The position numbers and the translations under genes are program-made. From Patescibacteria group bacterium (GTDB taxonomy: Bacteria; Patescibacteriota; Patescibacteriia; UBA1558; UBA10009), in the NCBI GenBank assembly GCA_018818425.1, contig JAHISB010000018.1:16390-80389 (forward strand): a stretch of 64,000 nt of DNA, read 5' to 3'. The notes beneath the pieces are model-generated. The model did no database searches and was not told where the DNA came from. It saw nothing but the letters and a program-made list of their open reading frames with translations. Positions 49,092 to 58,022 of this stretch are shown one piece after another (positions within the stretch are counted from its first letter, which is position 1; the number at the start of each line of letters is the position of its first letter).

Positions 49092-49484
49092 ATGAAAATT
49101 TTTTTAAAAAAACTGCTTTTGATAACAATTTTAGTTTTATTAATTGGCTGCCCGACAGCTATAATTATAGCTCAACAAAATACACAAAATACCCAAAGCG
49201 CCCAAGGGGGCGCGGTAACCGGTAGTTTAAACAACCCCTTAGGCAGCCCTAATTTGGGGCCCCAGCAAATTTACGGGCGGCTAATCTACTCTTTTATGGG
49301 CCTTACCGGCATAGTTGCTTTATTAATGTTTATTCTTGGCGGCTTTCAGTGGATGACAGCCGGCGGCAGTCCGGACAAAATTAAAAAGGGCAGGGATACC
49401 TTGATGTGGGCAGTGCTGGGCTTAATAGTTATTTTCTCCAGTTATGCCATTCTTAGAGCCATTCTGGAAACTCTGCAGTTTTAA
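49092..49484 (+). CDS. pilin-like array member b (core only)
   Basis: FILGGFQWMTAGGSPDKIKKGRD core. Confidence 0.6.
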   Translation: MKIFLKKLLLITILVLLIGCPTAIIIAQQNTQNTQSAQGGAVTGSLNNPLGSPNLGPQQIYGRLIYSFMGLTGIVALLMFILGGFQWMTAGGSPDKIKKGRDTLMWAVLGLIVIFSSYAILRAILETLQF

Positions 49485-49694
49485 TAATCAGCCCTAATTT
49501 TGATTGTGGATAAAAGTTGGCAAAAACTATTATTTTATTGTATAATAATATCAGTCTGACATCTAAACTATCCGCTTTATTCCACTATTTTTAGAGATTA
49601 AAATATTAAAATATTAAACTTAATTAAAATTCAATTGATTGAATAATGTCTTTAAATAAGAACATTATTTCAAATCACGAAAGGAATTAAAGAT

Positions 49695-50060
49695 ATGAAA
49701 AAATATCTAAGGAATGGACTGGCTGGCTTAAGCGGCTTAACTCTGCTGCTGGCGCCTTTGCTGGTCAAGGCCCAGATCTCTTTGGGCATCGAGTATGGTT
49801 CTGCTCTAAATTTAGGCAGCAGGGATGTTAGGGCTATGGTTTCCGACATTATTAATGTGTTGCTGGGGTTTTTAGGCATTATTGCCGTGGTTATTATTCT
49901 TTTGGGCGGCTTTAAGTGGATGACGGCCGGCGGCAACGAAGATAAAGTCGGCGAAGCTAAAAAGCTTATTGGCGCTGGCATTATCGGCTTGATTATCATC
50001 CTGGCTGCTTATGCTATTGCCACCTTTATTGTTACTCAATTGGCAGAAGTAACCTATTAA
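49695..50060 (+). CDS. pilin-like array member c (core only)
   Basis: ILLGGFKWMTAGGNEDKVGEAKK core. Good RBS (aaaggaattaaagat ATG). Confidence 0.65.
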   Translation: MKKYLRNGLAGLSGLTLLLAPLLVKAQISLGIEYGSALNLGSRDVRAMVSDIINVLLGFLGIIAVVIILLGGFKWMTAGGNEDKVGEAKKLIGAGIIGLIIILAAYAIATFIVTQLAEVTY

Positions 50061-50223
50061 CTAAAATTGATATAACTTGAGTAATAGCTCATCCTTGCTA
50101 CTTTTAAAAGGGTGGGCTAATGCTTGGATTATATTTAAGTGACAAGTGATCAACTCGGTCTAAGCCGGGTAAATGACAAATGTAAGTAATCTTGGTCATT
50201 TGTCGCTTGTCATTTTTATTTTT

Positions 50224-50688
50224 ATGATTAAGAAGGGGAAAATAGTTATTAAGATTACTCTGGCTTTATTTTTTTCCGCGCTTGTTTGTTTTACAGTAAT
50301 CGCTGGCTCGGCCATGGCTCAAACAGAGCCGCCGGCAAGCCCCGGCTCCAACGCCGCCGAGCGGGCTTTGAATATTTTAGACGCTACGGCCCAGGAGGCC
50401 AAAATAATCTCCAGCGCCCAGGCCGCGCCCACCGCTTACGGCATTATCGGCGATGTCATTAATATAATTCTTAGCTTTTTAGGAGTTGTCTTTTTGCTTC
50501 TAATTATATACGGCGGGATTACCTGGATGAGAGGCGGCACGGTTGTCGGCGGCGGCGCGACCAAAGTAGATATCAACAAGGCCAAGCAGATCATCACTCA
50601 GGCAACTATCGGCTTAGTTATTGTTCTTTTTGCCTATCTGGTAACCAACTTTGTGATTTTTAAAATTATTGAAGTCGCCGTAGACTAA
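50224..50688 (+). CDS. pilin-like array member d
   Basis: IYGGITWMRGGTVVGGGATKVDINKAKQ is a divergent core with an insertion. Confidence 0.55.
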   Translation: MIKKGKIVIKITLALFFSALVCFTVIAGSAMAQTEPPASPGSNAAERALNILDATAQEAKIISSAQAAPTAYGIIGDVINIILSFLGVVFLLLIIYGGITWMRGGTVVGGGATKVDINKAKQIITQATIGLVIVLFAYLVTNFVIFKIIEVAVD

Positions 50689-50692
50689 AACT

Positions 50693-51262
50693 ATGAATCA
50701 CTCTAAATTAACACTAGCCATGCTTATTATTATTTCCTGTTTGCTGATAACTCCGCTTATCAGTTATGCTGTCAATATTAGCGATGTTATTAACGACTTA
50801 GACAAAACCGCTCAAAATGCTAGAATAATAGGAGAAAACCCGGCCGAAGCCGCCACTATTTACGATATTATCGGCCAGATACTTAATTTGGTTTTAACCT
50901 CTTTGGGAGTCATCTTCCTGCTTTTAATGATTTATGGCGGCCTGACCTGGATGACGGCCGGCGGCAATCAGGAAAAAGTTAAAACAGCCGGCTCAATAAT
51001 CAATAAAGCGGTTATCGGCTTAATAATAATTCTATTAGCCTGGCTTTTAACCAATTTTGTTATTTTTAGAATTATTGATGTAACCACCAGCAGTACTGTT
51101 CTTAGTAATTGTAACCCCGCTGACTGCGATAACGAATGTAAAGATGCTGGCGCTCCGACGGGTTGCTGTACCAGAGGCAGCGAGGAGCCAAGCAGCCCTT
51201 ATTATGATGATATTAGCTGTGAATGCCAAACCGATCCCGATATTTCATTAATTTGCCAATAA
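50693..51262 (+). CDS. pilin-like array member e, with a Cys-rich C-terminal tail
   Basis: IYGGLTWMTAGGNQEKVKTAGS core. The C-terminus is CNPADCDNECKDAGAPTGCCTRG...CECQTDPDISLICQ. Confidence 0.6.
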   Translation: MNHSKLTLAMLIIISCLLITPLISYAVNISDVINDLDKTAQNARIIGENPAEAATIYDIIGQILNLVLTSLGVIFLLLMIYGGLTWMTAGGNQEKVKTAGSIINKAVIGLIIILLAWLLTNFVIFRIIDVTTSSTVLSNCNPADCDNECKDAGAPTGCCTRGSEEPSSPYYDDISCECQTDPDISLICQ

Positions 51263-51290
51263 ACTTTCCATAAAATATTTCTAAAACTCT

Positions 51291-51878
51291 ATGACTAAAA
51301 AAATTACTATCCTTTTTTCAATTATAATCTTAGCGGGAATTCTCCTCTTGCCGGCTTTGACTTTAGCCCAGCAAACCTGCCCCTACAGTACTCTGGAAGA
51401 ATGCCAAAAATGGGCTCTTAATAAAGTGGGTGATAAAATTGGCTATGGCTCTGCCGGCGCAGTTACATCAGCCGACTTATCTTATACCATCGGCCAGGTA
51501 GTTTCTTATGTTTTGGCTTTTTTGGGCGTGGCCTTTTTAGTTATTGTGGTTTACTCCGGCATCCAGTGGATGACGGCCGGCGGCAATGCGGAAGCCGTTA
51601 AAAAAGCCCGCGATAGATTAGTTAACGCCGCTATTGGTTTAGTCATTGTTTTAGGCGCTTATGCTATTACTTGGTTTGTGGTAAGTAAGTTACAAACTTC
51701 CGTTTCTCCACCAACTTCAACTCCTCCTTATACGCCCCCAACTGCTTCTTGTTTAGATTATACTAATTGCGCTGGTGAATTTAAAACTTGGTGTGATGGT
51801 CAAAGTGGAATAACACAATGCCCGCAAGATCCTAACGAACCAAATTATCATAAATGTTACTGTGATTTAAGTACATGA
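51291..51878 (+). CDS. pilin-like array member f, with a Cys-rich C-terminal tail
   Basis: VYSGIQWMTAGGNAEAVKKARD core. The C-terminus is a P/T-rich linker followed by a Cys-rich domain. Confidence 0.6.
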   Translation: MTKKITILFSIIILAGILLLPALTLAQQTCPYSTLEECQKWALNKVGDKIGYGSAGAVTSADLSYTIGQVVSYVLAFLGVAFLVIVVYSGIQWMTAGGNAEAVKKARDRLVNAAIGLVIVLGAYAITWFVVSKLQTSVSPPTSTPPYTPPTASCLDYTNCAGEFKTWCDGQSGITQCPQDPNEPNYHKCYCDLST

Positions 51879-51913
51879 TATAATAATTATTTTAATTAAT
51901 AACAATTTAAAAA

Positions 51914-52315
51914 ATGTTTAAAAAAATAACTATTACTCTTCTCATATTATGGACTGTTATACCAATGTATTATGCGCTAGCGGAAACTGGAGAAACACCA
52001 GCTAATCCGCTAACTATGAACCTTCTTCCTGATCTTCAACAAGCCGCTACCGGTGCACAATATGGCTCAGCCACTGAAAACACCATCCCCCAAATAGTCG
52101 GCTTAATTGTCAGGGCGGTTTTAAGCTTTGTGGGCGCCATCTTTTTTATTCTAATTATCTTTTCCGGCATCCAGTGGATGACCGCCGGCGGCAACGAGGA
52201 AAAAATAACCAAAGCCCGCGCCAGAATGACCAATGCCGCTATTGGCCTGGCCATTACCACGGCCGCCTACTTTATTACCTGGTTTATCAGCGAAGCTTTA
52301 TTATCCAATGTTTAA
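51914..52315 (+). CDS. pilin-like array member g (core only)
   Basis: IFSGIQWMTAGGNEEKITKARA core. Confidence 0.6.
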   Translation: MFKKITITLLILWTVIPMYYALAETGETPANPLTMNLLPDLQQAATGAQYGSATENTIPQIVGLIVRAVLSFVGAIFFILIIFSGIQWMTAGGNEEKITKARARMTNAAIGLAITTAAYFITWFISEALLSNV

Positions 52316-53120
52316 AATCACAGCTACAATCTGTTTTTTATTGCTGATGTTCTTTTTTATTACCGCCACTGCTTTGGCTCAAGATATCGGCATCACCAAT
52401 TCCTTAAAAACCATTGCCGACACCGGCGGTTTTAAAACCGACAGCGTAGCTGACGATGCCTTTTTAAATACCGCTGCCGGCGGATTAATAGCTATGGCTC
52501 TGGGCTTAGTAGGCCTGTTATTTTTAGGTTTAACTATTTATTCCGGCATCCAGTGGATGACGGCCGGCGGCAACGAAGAGCAGGTCGCCAAAGCCCGGAA
52601 AAAAATAATTAACGCCGCCATCGGCCTGGGCGTGGTTATTCTGGCTTATGTGATTTCCAACGCTGTTTTTGCCCTTTTTTATCAGATATCCGAACGCGAC
52701 AATACCGGCATAACTCCGCAAGGCCTAGCCTGCCAAACCAGCAACGAGTGCCCGGGCAGTTATGTCTGCGTAGACAACCAGTGCAAAAAACTTTGCAGCA
52801 ATGACGGCGACTGCGAGTACCCCGGCGAGGTCTGCAATACCTGGACCGGCGCTTGCGAAACCGGCTGGGGCTCTAACTGCGAAAACAATTCCGACTGCCC
52901 GTCCCAGGCGCCAGTTTGCCAGTCGTTTTTAATCTGGAAAATGTGCACCTGCACCGGACCTAATAGCTGTGAAGGAATTACGCCTCCCAAACCTTACTGT
53001 ATGGACATAGAAACACAATCCCAGGGCTATTCAGAAAACCCTGCTGAATGCGTTCAATGCTACGAAGACAACCACTGTCCCGGCAGCAGCTGCAACCAAA
53101 ATACTCATACCTGTAATTAA
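52308..53120 (+). CDS. pilin-like array member h, with a 150-aa Cys-rich C-terminal domain ending in CNQNTHTC
   Basis: Start at MFKITAT, which overlaps the stop of member g. IYSGIQWMTAGGNEEQVAKARK core. EGF-like Cys spacing in the tail. Confidence 0.6.
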   Translation: MFKITATICFLLLMFFFITATALAQDIGITNSLKTIADTGGFKTDSVADDAFLNTAAGGLIAMALGLVGLLFLGLTIYSGIQWMTAGGNEEQVAKARKKIINAAIGLGVVILAYVISNAVFALFYQISERDNTGITPQGLACQTSNECPGSYVCVDNQCKKLCSNDGDCEYPGEVCNTWTGACETGWGSNCENNSDCPSQAPVCQSFLIWKMCTCTGPNSCEGITPPKPYCMDIETQSQGYSENPAECVQCYEDNHCPGSSCNQNTHTCN

Positions 53121-53121
53121 T

Positions 53122-54033
53122 ATGAAACTGAACTATAAAATAATAATCATTTCTGCAACTATGGCTTTAAGCTTTTTAATTCTGCAAAATGCTGAAGCTT
53201 TTACAAATGATTTTACAAATTATTTAAACCAGGCGGCCCAGCAAGCCGATTTTCCCGCTACCCAAGCCCAGGAAAATTTTTTAAATTCTAGGGTCGGGCA
53301 GATAATCGGGGTAATTGTCAGTTTTATCGGCATTCTTTTTTTAGGATTGACTGTTTACTCCGGCATCCAGTGGATGACCGCCGGCGGCAACGAAGAAACA
53401 GTAACCAAAGCCCGAAAAAGAGTGGTTAACGGCGCCATTGGCGTTGGCTTAACCTTGTGCGCTTTTATAATTGCCAATTTCTACTTTAGTTATTTTGAAA
53501 GCAAGCTTTTAACCACGCCTTCTACAATTACCACAGGGCCTGTTGGCTACCAAGCCGCTGACTGCCAAACCAATGCCCAGTGCCAAGACCGCCAGGTTAT
53601 TACGCCCGGCGCCGGCATAGCCAACCCGTCCAATCCTAACGGACCCCGTGTAATGTTCTGCTTCGGCGGCAAATGCGTGGAATGCAGCGGCTCTTGTCCT
53701 GCTGGTTTTATGTGCGATTCTGGTTCAGGGCTATGCTTATCAGCTGCTGATGAATGTGGCAATATTGCCAGCATTTCTCAATGTGTTTTTCGCTCTGACT
53801 GCATTTGGGAAGCTGACCCTAACGGAACCGGCTGGGAAGACGGACTTTGTGTAGATTCTTCAAGTTATTCAACTAATTGTTTACCGCCCCAAGCGCCCTC
53901 CGCCGCTCCTTATTGCGTCTACGACAGTAGCCATGGCGGTTATTTATGGGTGGAGTGCGCTAATGATAATAATTGTCCTGGTTGGCTGGGCTTTAATAGT
54001 TGTAATCAAGTCACTCATGAATGTGTCCTTTAA
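53122..54033 (+). CDS. pilin-like array member i, with a 180-aa Cys-rich C-terminal domain ending in CNQVTHEC
   Basis: VYSGIQWMTAGGNEETVTKARK core. The C-terminal motif is shared with member h. Confidence 0.6.
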   Translation: MKLNYKIIIISATMALSFLILQNAEAFTNDFTNYLNQAAQQADFPATQAQENFLNSRVGQIIGVIVSFIGILFLGLTVYSGIQWMTAGGNEETVTKARKRVVNGAIGVGLTLCAFIIANFYFSYFESKLLTTPSTITTGPVGYQAADCQTNAQCQDRQVITPGAGIANPSNPNGPRVMFCFGGKCVECSGSCPAGFMCDSGSGLCLSAADECGNIASISQCVFRSDCIWEADPNGTGWEDGLCVDSSSYSTNCLPPQAPSAAPYCVYDSSHGGYLWVECANDNNCPGWLGFNSCNQVTHECVL

Positions 54034-54042
54034 TTAAAAACA

Positions 54043-54429
54043 ATGCTAAAAAAAACAAAATCAATCTGGCTGTGGCTGAATGTAATTTTCTTTTTTCTGC
54101 TGGCTAAAACCGCCTGGGCTTTTACTATTGCCAGTCCTAGGCAAACCTTGGAAAGCATCTCTGGCGGAGCTAATTTTACTGCCAGCAACAAGCCAATTCA
54201 GGAAATAGTTATAGCCATCATCTTTTTTGTGCTGGGCTTGCTGGGCATTCTTTTTTTAACCCTGATGATTATCGGCGGCATCCAGTGGATGACTTCCGGC
54301 GGCAACGAGGAGAAACTGGGCAAAGCCAAAGCCCGCGTTAAAAACGCTTTTATCGGCTTTGCCATTGTAATGATAAGCTACTCCATTACTGTCTTTATGG
54401 TTAATATGTTCAGCCGGTCAACTTTTTAA
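54043..54429 (+). CDS. pilin-like array member j (core only)
   Basis: IIGGIQWMTSGGNEEKLGKAKA core. Confidence 0.6.
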   Translation: MLKKTKSIWLWLNVIFFFLLAKTAWAFTIASPRQTLESISGGANFTASNKPIQEIVIAIIFFVLGLLGILFLTLMIIGGIQWMTSGGNEEKLGKAKARVKNAFIGFAIVMISYSITVFMVNMFSRSTF

Positions 54430-54434
54430 AATTT

Positions 54435-54848
54435 ATGTTGAAAAAAATTTTTTACTTATTTAATCTGGCTAGCTTATTCTGCTATGTTAAGATTGCCAAG
54501 GCCATTAATATTGATACTGATCCGTTAAACCGCTTAGAGTGGGCCTCGCAGCATGCCGGCTATAATGTCTATAATAAAACGCCCTTTCAGGCGGTTATTA
54601 TCACCATCATCCATTATGTGCTGGGTTTTGTGGGCATGATTTTTGTAGTCTTAATTTTAATAGCCGGCTACCAATGGATGACCTCCGGCGGCAACGAAGA
54701 AAAAATCGGCAAAGCCAGGGATAAATTAAGAGAAGCTGTTATAGGCCTAATAATTATTTTAATTGCCTGGTCCATAACCTGGTTTACAGCCAACATGCTG
54801 ATTAAATCCACCACGCCCGGTTACTACAGCTTTTTCCCTTGGCCGTAA
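54435..54848 (+). CDS. pilin-like array member k (core only)
   Basis: LIAGYQWMTSGGNEEKIGKARD core. Confidence 0.6.
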   Translation: MLKKIFYLFNLASLFCYVKIAKAINIDTDPLNRLEWASQHAGYNVYNKTPFQAVIITIIHYVLGFVGMIFVVLILIAGYQWMTSGGNEEKIGKARDKLREAVIGLIIILIAWSITWFTANMLIKSTTPGYYSFFPWP

Positions 54849-54862
54849 AATTTAATAAAAAA

Positions 54863-54888
54863 AGCGCCTCTATAACCTGAGGCGCCCT
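54863..54888. terminator. hairpin terminator shared by the convergent pilin-like array and the gene at 54870..55916
   Basis: aaaaaaagcgcctctataacctgaggcgcc: an 8-bp GC-rich stem preceded by an A-run. Confidence 0.5.
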
Positions 54889-55916
54889 GTTCCCGCTCCT
54901 TGAGGGCGGGTTTTAATTTGTAGAACGTGCCGAAAGTATATCCCTGAACCTAGGGATTTTGATTCGGCATAAATCATAAAGATTGAGTGATGGCCGGCCG
55001 GAGTTGTGCACAAAGAATCCTTAAAATACATCACCTCAACCTGAACTCTTTCTCCGGCCAAAACCTCAAACTCTTTATGTTTACCAGGTTCTAATTTTCC
55101 TTCAAACCCAGCTATGAGTTTTGCCCAGTAAGGGGTATTGTTTATAATCACGCCCTTTCGGCGCAGGGCCTTTTCCAAATCCCGGTCATAGATAACAGCC
55201 AGCCGATCTGTCTTAATGGGGGTCCACAAGCTGATGCTGCTTACAGAAACTCTTTTCCAGCTATGGATCCTATCCTCAACTCTTAATTCGCCCCTGACCA
55301 TTAAGGGTTGGCCTTCTAATACTCTAACGGCCCTTTCTTTGCCTGGGAAAATCAGATAGCGGAGATTTCTTTTGCCAAGCACAGGAACTGTTATAGGCCG
55401 GCTGGATTGATTATTCACCAATACTTTAAAGGCCTTTGCTGCCTTCTTCTTAGGAGGGCCATTCAATTCTAATTTACTAACTTTACCGGGCTGGTCTTTT
55501 ATAATTTCCTCCAAGTTATTTTTATGGTCAATAACTTTTTTGCCACCCTTGATTGTTACTATCTTAATCTTCAAACCTTTAAAGAGGGTCAATCCTTGGT
55601 CGGCAAAATAGCTAATCAGCAGGCCCGCCTTGGCCTTAGGCCACTCCCATTTTTCCCGGAATTTGACCAAAGCGCCCTGTTGATTGTACTCTTGCCTGCT
55701 GGCAGTAACTTTAGGCGTTATGGCCAGTAAAGAATCCAAACTAACCTGCTTTTGCGAACCGGGTCCTAGTACCTTAACCATAACCATTTCTGATTGATCA
55801 TACACTATGGTTATTTCCAGCCAGCAATCAGATGGATTGCTTAGCTCCAGGGTGTAATTGCCGGCCCAGCTGACTGCGGCCAGCATCAAGCCAATGATCG
55901 TTAATGATCTTTTCAT
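54870..55916 (-). CDS. secreted hypothetical protein
   Basis: Start taken at MKRSLTIIGLMLAAVSWA (signal peptide), with a GGAG RBS upstream. No recognisable domain. Confidence 0.5.
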   Translation of the reverse strand: MKRSLTIIGLMLAAVSWAGNYTLELSNPSDCWLEITIVYDQSEMVMVKVLGPGSQKQVSLDSLLAITPKVTASRQEYNQQGALVKFREKWEWPKAKAGLLISYFADQGLTLFKGLKIKIVTIKGGKKVIDHKNNLEEIIKDQPGKVSKLELNGPPKKKAAKAFKVLVNNQSSRPITVPVLGKRNLRYLIFPGKERAVRVLEGQPLMVRGELRVEDRIHSWKRVSVSSISLWTPIKTDRLAVIYDRDLEKALRRKGVIINNTPYWAKLIAGFEGKLEPGKHKEFEVLAGERVQVEVMYFKDSLCTTPAGHHSIFMIYAESKSLGSGIYFRHVLQIKTRPQGAGTGRLRL

Positions 55917-56021
55917 TTCTATCTCCATTGATTTTTTGAGAGAACAAATTATTATATTATGCACTATTAAATAAATTTTGTCAAGATATTTATTTAATCC
56001 AATCTCTGATAAAATTGAAGG

Positions 56022-58010
56022 ATGAAAATAAGTAAATTAATAAATTTTTTCAAGAAAAAAAGCTGGTTGATTCTTTGGCTGGCTATTGGCTTATATTTTT
56101 TGATTTTTTCCTTAATCTGCATCTGGAAATATTTTAATTTTGGCTACAACGGCCTGGATTTAGCCATTATTAACCAGGTTTTTTATAATTCGGCCCAGGG
56201 CAATCTTTTTGGCCTGACTATTCACCCCCATTCTTATTTAGGCGACCACTTTGCTTTGATTCTTATTCTGCTTTTGCCTTTTTATTACTTGTGGCAGCAT
56301 CCCATCAATCTTTTAATCTTACAATCTTTAATTTTAGCTCTGTGCGCCTGGCCCCTGTATTTAATTGCCAAACATAAATTATCTAATGCCTGGCCTTTAT
56401 TTATTGCCCTGGCCTGGCTGACAAATCCTTTTGTCCAGAATATTAATATCTTTGAGTTTCATTTTCTGCCCTGGGCAATTTTCTTTTTGTTCTGGACTTT
56501 TTATTTTTACCAGCAAAAAAACTTGGCGGCTTTTTTAGTCTTTGCTGTTTTGAGTTTGGCAGTCAGAGAGGATGTGGCTTTAGTTGTTTTGATGTTTTCG
56601 GCATTGGCTCTGATTAACAGACGTTCTAAAGTTTGGATTTTTACGCCCGGTTTAATGGCCCTAAGCTGGTTTGCCGCGGCCACAACATTTATTGCTTCTA
56701 TTACGCCTACCGGCAGTTACAAATTTTTTTATTACTACTCCTGGCTGGGCGGAAATTTAAACGAAATTTTGACCAATGCTTTAGTTGAACCCCAGCTAAT
56801 TTTATACCGCTTCTTGGCTTTAAATAATCTGCTTTTTATTTTAGCTCTGCTGCTGCCCTTTGCTTTTATCTTTTTTGACCTTGCGCTGCTCCTTTTAGGC
56901 CTGCTCGTTTTTCTGCAGCTTTCGCTGGGCGGCTCTAATAATTCATTGATTGTTCTTAAAACCCATTACTCCAGCTTGCTCTTGCCAGCCCTGTTTATTG
57001 GCTATGCGTATGGTTTGGCCAAGTTGGGTCAGACAAAATTCAAGTTTTTTAAATTTAAAAAATATCTCTTTAAAGAAAGAGGATTATTGGTAATGATTAT
57101 CGGCGCGGCCGCAATCTATAGCTGTCTAGCTTTGGGGCCGCTGCCCGCAGTTGTTAAACAGCTGTTTAAGCCGGGCTCCTTTTCAGAGACCAGGGAATTA
57201 AAAACTGAATTTTACCAAAGCCTGCCCCAAACACAAAGCATAGCCGCCTCTTACGAATTTTTAACTAATCTTTCCTCGCGGCCCAGCATTTATTCTTTGC
57301 ACTATGCCTATATCGGCAAAAAGCAGTTTAGCGATATTGATTATAAACTGCCGGCAGACACCCGGACTTTGCTTTTTGATTTTGACGATCTGGTGACCTA
57401 CTCGGTTCAATTCCCTAACAGCAGCCAGTGGCAGAAGTATTATTTAACTGGTGATGATAATTTTAGAAAAATTATTCAGGCGGGAAATTACGGCGTGGTT
57501 AAAATAGCCGACACCTTGGTCAGAATGGATAAAAATGCTGAAACTGATATTCATCTATATCAAACCGCTCAAAAATTTACTGATATTCAACATCCTCAAA
57601 ATATTGACTTTGGCAACGGTTTAAAATTTCTGGGCTGGTCTGATAATCCGCCTCTTTTGGATTCTGATAAAAATTTCTTGCCCGCGGCTCTTTATTTTCA
57701 AACTAAGCAAAGAATAGAAAAAGACTATCAGTTAAAGCTGACGCTTAACAACGAGGAAGGGCAGATTGTTAAGCAAAAATATTATCCTCTGGCCTATGGG
57801 CTATACCCAACCAGCGAATGGCAAGCCAACGAAATAGTCAAAATCAACTATTGGTTTTTACTGCCTCAAAAAATAGCTGACAGTAATTATCAGCTAGAGT
57901 TGCAGTTGGTCTACTTAGAGGGCTTTTTAAAACTAAACGGCCTCCGCTCGGCCGTGCCTCAAATCACTCAAGAAACTATTTTAGAACCAAAAATTACATT
58001 GATTCCCTAA
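56022..58010 (+). CDS. large polytopic membrane protein with a C-terminal extracytoplasmic domain (DUF2079 / GT-C-like putative glycosyltransferase)
   Basis: 662 aa. About 10 or more TM helices in the N-terminal 370 aa, then a soluble domain. Confidence 0.45.
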   Translation: MKISKLINFFKKKSWLILWLAIGLYFLIFSLICIWKYFNFGYNGLDLAIINQVFYNSAQGNLFGLTIHPHSYLGDHFALILILLLPFYYLWQHPINLLILQSLILALCAWPLYLIAKHKLSNAWPLFIALAWLTNPFVQNINIFEFHFLPWAIFFLFWTFYFYQQKNLAAFLVFAVLSLAVREDVALVVLMFSALALINRRSKVWIFTPGLMALSWFAAATTFIASITPTGSYKFFYYYSWLGGNLNEILTNALVEPQLILYRFLALNNLLFILALLLPFAFIFFDLALLLLGLLVFLQLSLGGSNNSLIVLKTHYSSLLLPALFIGYAYGLAKLGQTKFKFFKFKKYLFKERGLLVMIIGAAAIYSCLALGPLPAVVKQLFKPGSFSETRELKTEFYQSLPQTQSIAASYEFLTNLSSRPSIYSLHYAYIGKKQFSDIDYKLPADTRTLLFDFDDLVTYSVQFPNSSQWQKYYLTGDDNFRKIIQAGNYGVVKIADTLVRMDKNAETDIHLYQTAQKFTDIQHPQNIDFGNGLKFLGWSDNPPLLDSDKNFLPAALYFQTKQRIEKDYQLKLTLNNEEGQIVKQKYYPLAYGLYPTSEWQANEIVKINYWFLLPQKIADSNYQLELQLVYLEGFLKLNGLRSAVPQITQETILEPKITLIP

Positions 58011-58022
58011 AACACCCTAGTT

